From: an uncultured bacterium
Lineage (GTDB): Bacteria > Actinomycetota > Acidimicrobiia > Spongiisociales > ZC4RG35
DNA length: 60,670 nt
Direction: 5' to 3'
NCBI GenBank assembly: GCA_965364515.1
Contig: CBDTXZ010000001.1
Coordinates: forward strand, 1-60,670
This document shows, piece by piece, positions 1 through 9,386 of the stretch. A program made the position numbers and the translations under genes. The notes beneath the pieces are model-generated. The model made no database searches, was not told where the DNA came from, and saw only the letters and a list, made by a program, of their open reading frames with translations. Each line of letters opens with the position of its first letter. The stretch's first letter is position 1.

Positions 1-63
1 ACGCTCCACGCCACACGCTCCACGCCACACGCTCCACGCCACACGCTCCACGCCACACGCTCC
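1..63. repeat. Tandem array of the 14-nt unit ACGCTCCACGCCAC (two CACGC-type heptads), about 4.5 copies, cut by the window edge
   Basis: Read directly. The unit repeats exactly at 1-14, 15-28, 29-42 and 43-56, with a partial copy at 57-63. Confidence 0.95.
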
Positions 64-106
64 TGACATTGCGCTCCGCCCGACCGCTCGCCGTAGTACG
101 CCCTCG

Positions 107-151
107 GCGTGATGCGTGATGCGTGATGCGTGATGCGTGATGCGTAGCGTG
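107..151. repeat. Tandem GCGTGAT heptads x5 plus about 1.5 degenerate units, of opposite polarity to the CACGC array at 1-63
   Basis: Read directly. GCGTGAT occurs at 107, 114, 121, 128 and 135, then GCGTAGC and GTGAC. GCGTG is the reverse complement of CACGC, so the two arrays can pair as a bulged hairpin. Confidence 0.9.
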
Positions 152-164
152 ACCTTCGCCTCTG

Positions 165-629
165 GTGCGCTGGAGCCGGGGTCAACAGCATCAATCCATG
201 GAGCTTCCGGTCCAATTCGAGAACGCCCAGAAGCGAAGGCAGGCGCTTCGGGAAGCACTGACTGTGCTCGAACAGGCCTTGGCAATGGCCGCATCGTCAC
301 CTGCCTGGCGGTCGACGGTGACCCGGGCACTGGTCGAAGTCCGAACTGCCCTCGAGGCACACATCGACGAGGTCGAGGCGAGCGACGGATTGCTCACTCA
401 GTTGATCGCCGATGCCCCGAGATTGTCGAACCGCGTTCGCATCCTGGAGCGCGATCACCGGCGCATGCTCGATGCCTGTGACGAGATCATCTCGGTGGCG
501 TCCGGGGCGGACGCACACGAGATCCGTTCCATGGCCCGAGAACTGATGGGAGACATGGTCGACCACCGCCAGCAAGGAGCCGACCTCGTCTACGCCGCCT
601 ACTCCGAGGACATCGGCGGTCAGGGCTGA
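165..629 (+). CDS. Hypothetical helical protein; the start may be ATG 198 (MELPVQFEN...)
   Basis: Longest ORF in this region with G/C-rich third codon positions. The overlapping ORFs are Arg/Pro-rich, as expected for off-frame reads. No family recognised by eye. Confidence 0.6.
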   Translation: MRWSRGQQHQSMELPVQFENAQKRRQALREALTVLEQALAMAASSPAWRSTVTRALVEVRTALEAHIDEVEASDGLLTQLIADAPRLSNRVRILERDHRRMLDACDEIISVASGADAHEIRSMARELMGDMVDHRQQGADLVYAAYSEDIGGQG

Positions 630-717
630 GACCGACGCGGGTGCCAGAGGACAGATACAGGGCAGTGGGGACGAACGGCACTTCTCACGCGCCCTGACGG
701 CTGTCGACCATGTTCGG

Positions 718-1539
718 GTGTATCCGATCACCGATGCCCGATTCATCGGCTCCGACGTCAAGCGTTTCGAGATCTCGGCACCACGCGTCGCCGACTACTG
801 GAGCCCGGGTCAGTTCGTCATCATCAGGGCGACCGAGGACGGAGAGCGCATCCCACTCACGGTGGTCGACGCCGATTCGGGCGCCGGCACGATCGTGCTC
901 ATCGTCCAGGGCGTCGGGAAGACGACCCGGCTCCTGAACGCGATGTCGGCCGGCGAATCGATCCCCGACGTGGCGGGCCCACTCGGCAAGCCTTCGGAGA
1001 TAGCGATGTTCGGTACGGTGGTCGTGATCGGAGGTGGTGTCGGAACGGCGATCGCCTACCCGACTGCCAAGGCGCTTGCGGGGGCAGGCAACGAAGTGGT
1101 CGCCATCGTCGGCGCCCGCACGGCCGACCTGCTCATCCTGGTCGACGAACTCGATGCGGTTGCGAACGAGTTGCAGGTGACCACCGACGACGGTTCCGCG
1201 GGTGTCGGCGGATTCGTCACGGGAGCACTCGCCCAGGTCCTCGAAGACCGGATCGTCGATCGGGTGATCGCGATCGGACCGTTGTCGATGATGGAGGCCG
1301 TCGCCGATCTCACGCGACCCGCCGAGATCCCGACGATCGTCAGCCTGAACCCGATCATGGTGGACGGCACCGGAATGTGTGGCGGATGCAGAGTGCGCGT
1401 CGGCGGCGAAACCAAGTTCGCCTGTGTCGACGGGCCCGAATTCGACGCCCACGACGTCGACTTCGGTCTGGTGCGCCGGCGAAACACCGCCTACTGCGAC
1501 TTCGAACGTCGCAGACTCGCCGAGTTCGAGCCGACATGA
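718..1539 (+). CDS. Sulfide/dihydroorotate dehydrogenase-like FAD/NAD-binding subunit (NfnA/SudB-like ferredoxin-NADP+ oxidoreductase small subunit)
   Basis: GTG start. C-terminal 2Fe-2S motif DGTGMCGGCRV...FACVDGPEF. The stop overlaps the next start (ATGA at 1536-1539). Confidence 0.85.
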   Translation: MYPITDARFIGSDVKRFEISAPRVADYWSPGQFVIIRATEDGERIPLTVVDADSGAGTIVLIVQGVGKTTRLLNAMSAGESIPDVAGPLGKPSEIAMFGTVVVIGGGVGTAIAYPTAKALAGAGNEVVAIVGARTADLLILVDELDAVANELQVTTDDGSAGVGGFVTGALAQVLEDRIVDRVIAIGPLSMMEAVADLTRPAEIPTIVSLNPIMVDGTGMCGGCRVRVGGETKFACVDGPEFDAHDVDFGLVRRRNTAYCDFERRRLAEFEPT

Positions 1540-2954
1540 CCGAAACCAGTCGCCGCGAACGGATGAAGCTGCCGCGTACTCCGATGCCCGAACGGGATGG
1601 ACGAGCGCGTTCGGCAGACTTCGGGGAGGTCAACCTCGGATTCACCGAACAGCTCGCAGTGCTCGAAGCCTCTCGATGTATCCAGTGCGCTCGGGCGGTC
1701 TGCATCGACGGCTGTCCCGTCGGGGTGCGGATCAACGACTTCGTTGCAGCCGTCGCAGACCGGCGCTTCGACGAAGCCGCACGGATCATCTCCGAGGACA
1801 ACTCGCTCCCCGCGGTGTGCGGGCGCGTCTGCCCCCAGGAGCATCAATGCGAGGGCGCCTGTGTGATGGGACGCCGCGCCTCTCCAATCGCCATCGGTCA
1901 CCTCGAGCGATTCGTGGCGGACCGGGTGATTGCAGGAGGTGGAGCGCCGATCACCCGATCCGATCGTTCAGGTCGGAGCGTGGCGGTGGTGGGGAGCGGT
2001 CCCGCCGGTCTCGCCTGCGCGTCCGACCTCGCTCGATCAGGTCACGACGTGACCGTCTACGAGGCGTTGCACCGCGCCGGTGGCGTGCTCGTCTACGGCA
2101 TCCCTGAATACCGGCTTCCAAATGAGGTCGTTGCCGCCGAGGTCGCCCAATTGGAGCGACTCGGAGTGCGCTTCGAGATGAACGCACCCATCGGGCGTGC
2201 CGAGAGCATCGACGATCTGCTCGAACGTCACGACGCCGTGTTCATCGGCGTCGGGGCAGGCTTGCCTCGATTCCTCGACGTGCCCGGGGAGAACCTGGTC
2301 GGGGTTCAGTCGGCGAACGAGTTCCTGACCCGCGTCAATCTGATGGGAGCGAACCGCGCAGACGCCGATACCCCTGTTCTCGTGGGGAGGAGGGTTGCGG
2401 TGATCGGGGGTGGGAACACGGCACTGGACGCCGTGCGGACCGCCCTCCGCATCGGTGCGGCAACGGCCACGGTCTACTACCGCCGGACCGAGGACGACAT
2501 GCCGGCCCGAACCGAGGAGATCCGGCATGCCCGAGAGGAGGGCGTCGGTTTCGAGTTTCTCCTCAACCCGGTGGCTTTCGAAGGCGAAGACCGCGTGACC
2601 TCGATGCGCCTCATTCGCATGCGGCAGGCCGACGAGGACGCAGGTGGCCGACGGCGAGTGGAGCCGATTCGAGGCTCGGAGGTCGACGTGCCGGTCGACA
2701 CCGTCGTGATCGCAGTGGGCAACGCCCCCAATCCGATGCTCGACTCCACTCCCGGCCTCACGATGTCCCGGAACGGGACCATCGTCGCCGACCCCGAGAC
2801 CGGAATGACGGAGAAGGAGGGCGTCTTCGCCGGCGGAGACATCGTCACCGGAGGCGCAACGGTCATTCTGGCCATGGGGGCAGGTCGCCGGGCGGCGCGT
2901 GCGATCGACGGTTACCTCAGAAACGGCGTCGGCGGCGCGCCGGCCGGCGGTTGA
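1536..2954 (+). CDS. NADPH-dependent glutamate synthase small-chain homologue (NfnB/SudA-like)
   Basis: ATG 1536 lies inside the longer ORF 1377..2954, whose upstream part is an Arg-rich overlap with the previous gene. Two Fe-S Cys clusters (CIQCARAVCIDGC, CGRVCPQEHQCEGAC). Dinucleotide folds VAVVGSGPAGL and VAVIGGGNTALD. Confidence 0.9.
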   Translation: MTETSRRERMKLPRTPMPERDGRARSADFGEVNLGFTEQLAVLEASRCIQCARAVCIDGCPVGVRINDFVAAVADRRFDEAARIISEDNSLPAVCGRVCPQEHQCEGACVMGRRASPIAIGHLERFVADRVIAGGGAPITRSDRSGRSVAVVGSGPAGLACASDLARSGHDVTVYEALHRAGGVLVYGIPEYRLPNEVVAAEVAQLERLGVRFEMNAPIGRAESIDDLLERHDAVFIGVGAGLPRFLDVPGENLVGVQSANEFLTRVNLMGANRADADTPVLVGRRVAVIGGGNTALDAVRTALRIGAATATVYYRRTEDDMPARTEEIRHAREEGVGFEFLLNPVAFEGEDRVTSMRLIRMRQADEDAGGRRRVEPIRGSEVDVPVDTVVIAVGNAPNPMLDSTPGLTMSRNGTIVADPETGMTEKEGVFAGGDIVTGGATVILAMGAGRRAARAIDGYLRNGVGGAPAGG

Positions 2955-3015
2955 CGCGGTCGACGAAGCGGTGCGTGCGAGTGCGAGCCGATGGTGTGTC
3001 TAGCCTCGCGACGAA

Positions 3016-5109
3016 GTGGATCGAATCACCCATCTGCCGGAAAGAGGACTCGCAGCTCTCCGTGACCGAGAGGGCGGGATCTTCCTCGGCATCGCACTCC
3101 TGGTCGGCATCGCCGTCGGATTGGGTGCCGCATCCCTGATCTGGGTGCTCGAGGGAGTCGAGACGCTCTTCCACGAGATGGGCGAGTTGGTCATGGGTGG
3201 AAGCGATTGGTTCGTCTTCGTCTCGGTCCCGGTCGGGTTGCTCGCCGCCTGGTGGGTGGCGCGTAGGTTCGCAACAGAGGTCGCCGGCGACGGTGTGCCC
3301 GAGGTGACGGCTGCACTGGCGATCCGTGCCGGGTACCTCTCGACCAAGTCGATCCCGCTCAAGATCCTTGCGACCGCTTTGACTCTCGGCGGTGGCGGCT
3401 CCGCCGGTCGAGAAGGGCCGATCGTGCAGATCGGCGGGGCGATCGGCTCATCGATCTCGCGCCGATTCGGCCTGGGCGAAGATCAGGTCCGCAGTCTGCT
3501 CGCCGGTGGTGCCGCAGCGGGCATCGGTGCGTCGTTCAACGCTCCGATCGCAGGGATGCTGTTCGGTCTCGAGGTCATCCTGGGGTCATTCGCGGTGCGC
3601 CACATGTCGGCCGTGGTCCTCTCTTCGATCTCGGCTGCGGTCACCTTCCGGAGCCTGGTCCCCGAGACCGAACTGCTCAGAGGTGGCGTCTATCGGCTTC
3701 AGGACTGGCGGGAGCTCTTTCTGTACGCCGGGCTCGCGGTGCTCGCGGTCGCCGCCGCCGTTCTGTTCCTCCGCCTGCTCGATCTGGTGGAGCGCACGTC
3801 CGACGCCAAGGCGAGGCCGGCCTGGCTGCGGCCGGTCGGACTCGGTCTCGTGATCGCCGCACTCGGCATCTTCGAGCCCCGAGTGCTCGGGACCGGCCAG
3901 AGCTTCGTATCCCAGCTGCTCGAGACCCAGGATTTCGGCGAACAATTCGGTGTGGTGGGGTTCGGGACGTCCCTGTTGCTGCTCCTGGCGCTCGGCAAGA
4001 TCGTTGCCACCTCATTGACGATCGCAGCTGGCGGCTCCGGCGGCGCGTTCATGCCTTCCCTGTTCATCGGGGCGACGCTCGGAGCCGGTTTCGCCCAGTT
4101 CGCCAACGAGTTCTGGACCGTCACCGACCTGCGCGCCGGAGCATTTGCGGTGGTGGGCATGGCGACCGTGTTCGCAGCGGTGGCGCGGGCTCCGCTCACG
4201 GCCATCCTGATCGTCTTCGAGGTCACCGGCGCCCGTGACTATCAGCTGATTCTCCCGCTGATGCTGTCGGCGACCTTCGCGACGTTCGTTGCAGACCGGG
4301 TGCATCCGCAGAGCGTCTACACCATGCCGCTCGAGCGGCGCGGAATCAGGCTGCGCAGATCGGGCGACATCGACCTGCTCGATTCGATCGTGGTCGGGGA
4401 CGTGATGAGCAGCCCCGAGGTGACGGTGAGCAGTGAAGCGCCGGTGGCGACCGCGATCGAGCTGATGGATCGCTTCCGATATCACGGGCTCCCGGTCGTC
4501 GACGAAGGGGAGCTGGTCGGGGTCGTCTCGATCACCGATCTCCTCCGCTCCAACGAGGATCCATCCTCGACACCGGTGGCAGCCGTCATGTCGGCACGTC
4601 CCATCACGGTCGGCCCCGGCACCCCGGTATCGGAGGCAATGGAGCGAATGGCGGTCCTCGACATCGGCCGGCTTCCGGTCGTGGCAGAAGATCAAGCAGG
4701 CAATCTCGTGGGCATGTTCCGCCGCGAGGATGCCATCAAGGCGTACCACCATGCGTTGGCGGAACGGACAGGCGATCACCTCGAGCGGGATCGACTCCGC
4801 CAGCGAATCGATCCGAACGCCAGCTACTTCGACTTCCGGGTGCCTCCCGGCTCGATCGCAGACGGACGGGCAGTGCGGGACGTCCGCTGGCCCGAAGGAT
4901 CCACCTTGGTGTCGGTGCGCCGTGGAACCGCAGTCATGGTGCCCGACGGCGCCACGGTTCTCCATGCCGGAGACGTGATCACCGCTTTTGGGACTGCGGA
5001 GTCGAATCGCAGGATGATCGACCGGATGAACGCTGGAGCGGAGGAACCGACGGCGGAGATCGAATTGGGCCCGCTGCCGGGTCGACCGGATTCGTCGGAT
5101 CCGGAGTGA
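3016..5109 (+). CDS. ClC-family voltage-gated chloride channel / H+-Cl- antiporter with a CBS pair and a TrkA-C (RCK_C)-like C-terminus
   Basis: GREGPIVQIGG and GGAFMPSLFIGA ClC motifs, many TM segments, two CBS-like repeats (VMSSPEVTV..., VMSARPITV...), and a C-terminal RCK_C-like segment. Confidence 0.9.
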   Translation: MDRITHLPERGLAALRDREGGIFLGIALLVGIAVGLGAASLIWVLEGVETLFHEMGELVMGGSDWFVFVSVPVGLLAAWWVARRFATEVAGDGVPEVTAALAIRAGYLSTKSIPLKILATALTLGGGGSAGREGPIVQIGGAIGSSISRRFGLGEDQVRSLLAGGAAAGIGASFNAPIAGMLFGLEVILGSFAVRHMSAVVLSSISAAVTFRSLVPETELLRGGVYRLQDWRELFLYAGLAVLAVAAAVLFLRLLDLVERTSDAKARPAWLRPVGLGLVIAALGIFEPRVLGTGQSFVSQLLETQDFGEQFGVVGFGTSLLLLLALGKIVATSLTIAAGGSGGAFMPSLFIGATLGAGFAQFANEFWTVTDLRAGAFAVVGMATVFAAVARAPLTAILIVFEVTGARDYQLILPLMLSATFATFVADRVHPQSVYTMPLERRGIRLRRSGDIDLLDSIVVGDVMSSPEVTVSSEAPVATAIELMDRFRYHGLPVVDEGELVGVVSITDLLRSNEDPSSTPVAAVMSARPITVGPGTPVSEAMERMAVLDIGRLPVVAEDQAGNLVGMFRREDAIKAYHHALAERTGDHLERDRLRQRIDPNASYFDFRVPPGSIADGRAVRDVRWPEGSTLVSVRRGTAVMVPDGATVLHAGDVITAFGTAESNRRMIDRMNAGAEEPTAEIELGPLPGRPDSSDPE

Positions 5110-5176
5110 CCCCGAGACTTCGAATAGGGGCTTTCACCCATTGCCCCGTTGTCGTCCCGCGAGTGATGCTGTGGGT

Positions 5177-5626
5177 ATGGAACGGAATCGAAAGCTCGCC
5201 TTGATCGTCGGCGGGATAGCAGTGATCTCACTCGTAGCGGTCGTCGTCGCAGCCCTCGGTGGTGAACCGGTCGTGCTCGATCCCGAGACCCCAGAGGGTG
5301 TGGTTCAGGCCTACGTCACTGCCGTCGCAGACGAAGACTGGATGGAGGTGCGGTCGTTCTTGAATGCCGAACTGGCGGACAAATGCGATGTGTCCGAGTT
5401 GTCGGTCGAGCGGTTCGACGACGTGTCTCGGGTGTCGATCGAGGACGTTTCGATCGACGATGACATCGCAGTCGTGGATGTGGTCATCACGCACGCCAGT
5501 GCCGACAACCCACTCTCGGCATCCACATGGGATGAAGACGCCACGTTCGTGCTGATCGATGAAGGCGGTTGGGTGTTCGAGGAGATCTCCTGGCCGTACT
5601 TCCCGTGCAGATGGGATGAGCCATGA
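5177..5626 (+). CDS. Hypothetical membrane-anchored protein (one N-terminal TM segment plus a small acidic NTF2-like-looking domain)
   Basis: ATG 5177 (MERNRKLALIVGGIAVISLVAVVVAAL). The stop overlaps the next start (ATGA at 5623). Confidence 0.65.
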   Translation: MERNRKLALIVGGIAVISLVAVVVAALGGEPVVLDPETPEGVVQAYVTAVADEDWMEVRSFLNAELADKCDVSELSVERFDDVSRVSIEDVSIDDDIAVVDVVITHASADNPLSASTWDEDATFVLIDEGGWVFEEISWPYFPCRWDEP

Positions 5627-7254
5627 TTCCTCTTGGTGGATTGATATCGCTCCTGATACCACTGGCGCTGATCGTGCTGGTCGTACGCTTCTTCCTCAAG
5701 AGAACCCGAAGCGGATCGGACGCGCCGATCGCGAGAACGATCGGTGCGATCGCCCACATCGGTGTCGTCATCGCAGCCGTCACCGCGGTGAGCAGCCTCA
5801 TCGAGTTGGTGGTCTCCCGCGACGACATCTTCGAGGACACCACTCGCGTCGTCGCATTCTCCCTTGCGACCCTCGTCGTGGCGGTCCCGGTCGCCATCGT
5901 CATCTGGAGGGCGCTGTTCGCAGGAACCCAGGACTTCGCCAGAAGGTTTGCAGTGGTCGGCGGGCTCTCGATAGCGATGGTGACGACTCTGTTCTCGATC
6001 GTCGGTCTCGTGCGGGGTGTCGTGGTCGGAGACGGCTTCCGGGGGGAGACCTTCTCCACGCTCCTGGCCTTCGGGCTCGCCTGGGCCGGGTACGAGTGGC
6101 TCCGGAGCAGCGAGACCCAGGCCTTCGAGGTCTCCGACCTGCGTCCCACCGCCGGTTCGGCGGTCGGCCTGGCGCTCTCCGTTTCGGGGCTGGTCTTGCT
6201 GATCGAGACGGCTCTGACCGAAGTGTTGGGCGTCGGTGGCGACGTGATCCTCGACCGTTCGATCGGCGAACGACTCGGGACGGTCGCAACGCTGCTCGCC
6301 GTCGGACTCCCTGCGCTGTGGTGGTTCTGGCTCCGAGACCTCTCGACCCGGGAGACGAGGTTCCGAAACGGGTATGCCGCCGTCGTTTCGTACGGAGGCC
6401 TGGTCGCCGTCGCATCGTCTGTCGGAGTGATCGCCTTTCTCGTGCTCGAGTGGGCGCTCGGGTTCGGTGAGGAGACGGCTGGACGGCAGTTCGAGCCGAT
6501 TCCGGTGGCTGTCGCTGCAGGCATCGTCGGCGCCATTGCATGGGTTCACCACCTCGACCTCCTGAGGCCGCGGAGAGGCCTGGGCACCCGCGCCTACGGC
6601 TACGGAGTCGCTGCGACATCGGTCGGGTTCGTCGCCGGTGGCCTGGTCACCCTGATCTCCGTCGCGCTCGAAGCAGTCACGGCGGACACGATCATGGAGA
6701 CCGACGGCGGGTCTGTCACTCTCGGCGCGATCCTGGCAGTCGGAATCGGAGCGCTGTTGTGGTGGAAGGTCTGGAGTGAAGCCGACGTTGCGATCCCGGG
6801 GGAGCGCGAGGCCCTGCCGAGGCGCCTCTATCTGACGGGGTTGCTCGTCGTCGCCGGACTCGCCGGCGGCGTGTCACTCGTGATTGCGTTGTTCGGGTTC
6901 GTCCAGGCGGTCCTCGAAGGGACGCTGGGCATGGAGGTGTTGTTCGACGGCCGATTCGTGATCGCCCTCGTCGTGACCACTGCACCGCTGATCTGGCACC
7001 TGTTGAGCCAGATCCGCGCCGACCGTGAAGCCCGCCCCGAGTTGGTCCGTCATCGGGACGCGATCGTGATCGCCGGCGATCGTGGTCCTCTCGGCAATGG
7101 TGTCCACTTCGTGACCAGAGCCGACGGGCACGGCGCCATCACCGTCGACATCGCCGAGCAGATCGACACGCTGTTGGCCCAGACGGGCCCGCCGGTGGTG
7201 ATCACCGTCGATGACGATGGTCTCGAGATCGTCGAGGTCGAGTCCGTTCCCTGA
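5623..7254 (+). CDS. Hypothetical polytopic membrane protein (about 12 TM segments) with a small soluble C-terminal domain
   Basis: Long hydrophobic ORF. Recurrent Trp-rich segments follow the helices (IWRALFAG, WWFWLRDL, WWKVWSEA, IWHLLSQIR). Translationally coupled to the upstream gene. Confidence 0.75.
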   Translation: MIPLGGLISLLIPLALIVLVVRFFLKRTRSGSDAPIARTIGAIAHIGVVIAAVTAVSSLIELVVSRDDIFEDTTRVVAFSLATLVVAVPVAIVIWRALFAGTQDFARRFAVVGGLSIAMVTTLFSIVGLVRGVVVGDGFRGETFSTLLAFGLAWAGYEWLRSSETQAFEVSDLRPTAGSAVGLALSVSGLVLLIETALTEVLGVGGDVILDRSIGERLGTVATLLAVGLPALWWFWLRDLSTRETRFRNGYAAVVSYGGLVAVASSVGVIAFLVLEWALGFGEETAGRQFEPIPVAVAAGIVGAIAWVHHLDLLRPRRGLGTRAYGYGVAATSVGFVAGGLVTLISVALEAVTADTIMETDGGSVTLGAILAVGIGALLWWKVWSEADVAIPGEREALPRRLYLTGLLVVAGLAGGVSLVIALFGFVQAVLEGTLGMEVLFDGRFVIALVVTTAPLIWHLLSQIRADREARPELVRHRDAIVIAGDRGPLGNGVHFVTRADGHGAITVDIAEQIDTLLAQTGPPVVITVDDDGLEIVEVESVP

Positions 7255-7275
7255 TCTGGCGTTCTCGTCACGGGT

Positions 7276-9354
7276 GTGCCCCATACTGGGGACGTGACTC
7301 AGAACAGGATCAGAGAACGGGCGAGCGAACTCCTCGACGACATCGCTCGCCAGCCGGTCGACTTCCGCTCCGGCCAGTGGGAGGCGATCTCCGAGATCGT
7401 CGAACGGGGCGGCAGGGCGCTCGTCGTCCAGAGGACCGGATGGGGCAAGAGTGCCGTCTATCTGATCGCCACCCGTTTGATCCGTGAGCGCGGTGGGGGC
7501 CCAACTCTCATCGTGTCTCCATTGCTGGCGCTGATGCGCAACCAGATCGAGATGGCCGATCGTGCGGGAGTGCGGGCGGCCACGGTCAACTCGACCAATC
7601 GCGAGCAATGGGACGAGATCACCGATCGGGCGATCGGCGGTGACATCGATCTGCTGTTGATCTCACCGGAACGCCTCAACAACCAGAGATTCCTCGAGCA
7701 GACGTTCCCGAGCTTCGTGAACCACATGGGGCTGCTCGTCGTCGACGAGGTCCACTGCATCTCCGACTGGGGACACGACTTTCGTCCCGACTATCGCCGG
7801 CTGTCCCAGGTGGTGCAGTCCCTTCCGGCCTCCGTGCCCGTGCTCGGCACGACTGCGACGGCAAACGACCGGGTCGTCAACGACGTCGCAGGCCAGCTCG
7901 GGGCAGATCTCACGATCCAGCGGGGGACGCTGGAACGAGAGAGCCTCTCCCTCCAGGTGCTCGACATGCCCCGACAGACCGATCGGATGGCGTGGTTGGC
8001 CCAGCACATTCCCACATTCTCGGGCTCGGGGATCGTCTACTGCCTGACCATCACCGACGCCTACCGGGTCGGCAGGTGGTTGAAGAGTCGGGGCATCGAG
8101 GTCGAGGTCTACACGGGCGCCACCGACCCCGACGTGCGGTTGGGGATCGAGGATCGCCTCACCGACGGCGACCTCGACGTGGTGGTGGCCACGTCCGCAC
8201 TCGGGATGGGCTACGACAATCCCCACATCACGTTCGTCATCCACTTCCAGTCACCCGGAAGCCCCATCGCCTATTACCAGCAGGTCGGTCGGGCAGGTCG
8301 AGCCGTCGGCCATTCTGTGGGTGTGCTCATGTCTGGATCCGAGGACTCGGACATCCAGGACTACTTCATCGATTCGGCCTTCCCGTCCGAACGGCTCACC
8401 GAGGCCGTCATCGGATCACTGCGAGAGTCGCCCAAGAAGATCACCGATCTCGAACGGGAGATCAATCTCGGTCGTGGTCGCCTGATGGGACTGCTCAAGA
8501 TCCTCGAAGTCGAAGGTGCGATCTCGAAGGAGGGCTCACTGTGGAAACGGTCGGGTCACCCGTGGTCGTATCCGTCGGATCGGGTGCAGGCCGTCACCGA
8601 GGAGCGCCGACGTGAGCAACAGGCGATGCAGGAGTACACCGAGACATCGCAGTGCCTGATGCGTTTCCTGAGGAACCAGTTGGACGACCCCGCTTCACAA
8701 GACTGCGGAAGGTGCGCAAACTGCCTGGCCCACCCGGTCGTACCCGTCGACTTCGACACTTCGTTGAGCGACGCCGCACTCGCCTTCATGGGGAGAACTT
8801 CGATCTCTATCGATCCGAGGAAACGCTGGCCGATCGGCGTCAAGTGGGGAAGCCTGTCGAAGCTCGGCAACGAGGAAGGACGCGCGCTGGCCTATCGGGG
8901 TGACCCGGGCGCCGGCGCCACTGCGGCCAAGGCGATCCGGCAGGGGATCGGGTTTCCGACGCCGCTGGTGGACCAGATGGCATCGCTCATCGGCGAATGG
9001 GACGCCGAGATGGCGCCCGGCTGGGTGACGGCGGTGCCGAATGCCGGCGAGACGGACCGGACATCGGACTTCGCCGCCCGGCTCGCAGAGCGGTTGGGAT
9101 TGCCCTATGTGCCTGCCGTGGTGCGGGTGGCCGACCGCCCTCCCCAGTCGGAGATGTACAACTCGGCGCAGCAGCTGGCGAACGTGCGAGGAGCGTTCGA
9201 AGTCCGGGATCCGCTCCCTGGCCCGGTGTTGTTGTTCGACGATGTCGTGTCGTCTCGATGGACTCTCACCGCAGTCGGCCACCTGCTCCGGACCGCCGGT
9301 GTCGAGGCGGTTCTCCCGGTCACGCTGCTCGACGCGTCTCGCGGCGGGGTCTGA
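7276..9354 (+). CDS. RecQ-family ATP-dependent DNA helicase fused to a C-terminal ComF/GntX-type phosphoribosyltransferase-like domain
   Basis: TGWGKSAVY Walker A, DEVHCISDWGHDFRPDYRRL, and a RecQ Zn-finger-like CLMRFL...CGRCANC. The C-terminus has NVRGAFEV and VLLFDDVVSSRWTL, a PRT/ComFC-like signature. Confidence 0.9.
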   Translation: MPHTGDVTQNRIRERASELLDDIARQPVDFRSGQWEAISEIVERGGRALVVQRTGWGKSAVYLIATRLIRERGGGPTLIVSPLLALMRNQIEMADRAGVRAATVNSTNREQWDEITDRAIGGDIDLLLISPERLNNQRFLEQTFPSFVNHMGLLVVDEVHCISDWGHDFRPDYRRLSQVVQSLPASVPVLGTTATANDRVVNDVAGQLGADLTIQRGTLERESLSLQVLDMPRQTDRMAWLAQHIPTFSGSGIVYCLTITDAYRVGRWLKSRGIEVEVYTGATDPDVRLGIEDRLTDGDLDVVVATSALGMGYDNPHITFVIHFQSPGSPIAYYQQVGRAGRAVGHSVGVLMSGSEDSDIQDYFIDSAFPSERLTEAVIGSLRESPKKITDLEREINLGRGRLMGLLKILEVEGAISKEGSLWKRSGHPWSYPSDRVQAVTEERRREQQAMQEYTETSQCLMRFLRNQLDDPASQDCGRCANCLAHPVVPVDFDTSLSDAALAFMGRTSISIDPRKRWPIGVKWGSLSKLGNEEGRALAYRGDPGAGATAAKAIRQGIGFPTPLVDQMASLIGEWDAEMAPGWVTAVPNAGETDRTSDFAARLAERLGLPYVPAVVRVADRPPQSEMYNSAQQLANVRGAFEVRDPLPGPVLLFDDVVSSRWTLTAVGHLLRTAGVEAVLPVTLLDASRGGV

Positions 9355-9386
9355 CCGAGGGTGCAATTGCTCGGGAGGTGGGCGGC

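Noticed and set aside
1-151. Possibility that the short-period arrays are CRISPR arrays
   Set aside because: The period is 7 or 14 nt with no unique spacers of 25-40 nt, no cas genes are present, and the arrays are only 28-90 nt long.
5311-6552. Minus-strand ORFs of 413 aa and 349 aa opposite the polytopic membrane protein gene
   Set aside because: They are highly charged or Ser/Thr/Arg-rich translations with no features. The plus-strand frame gives coherent TM helices and is coupled to its neighbours.
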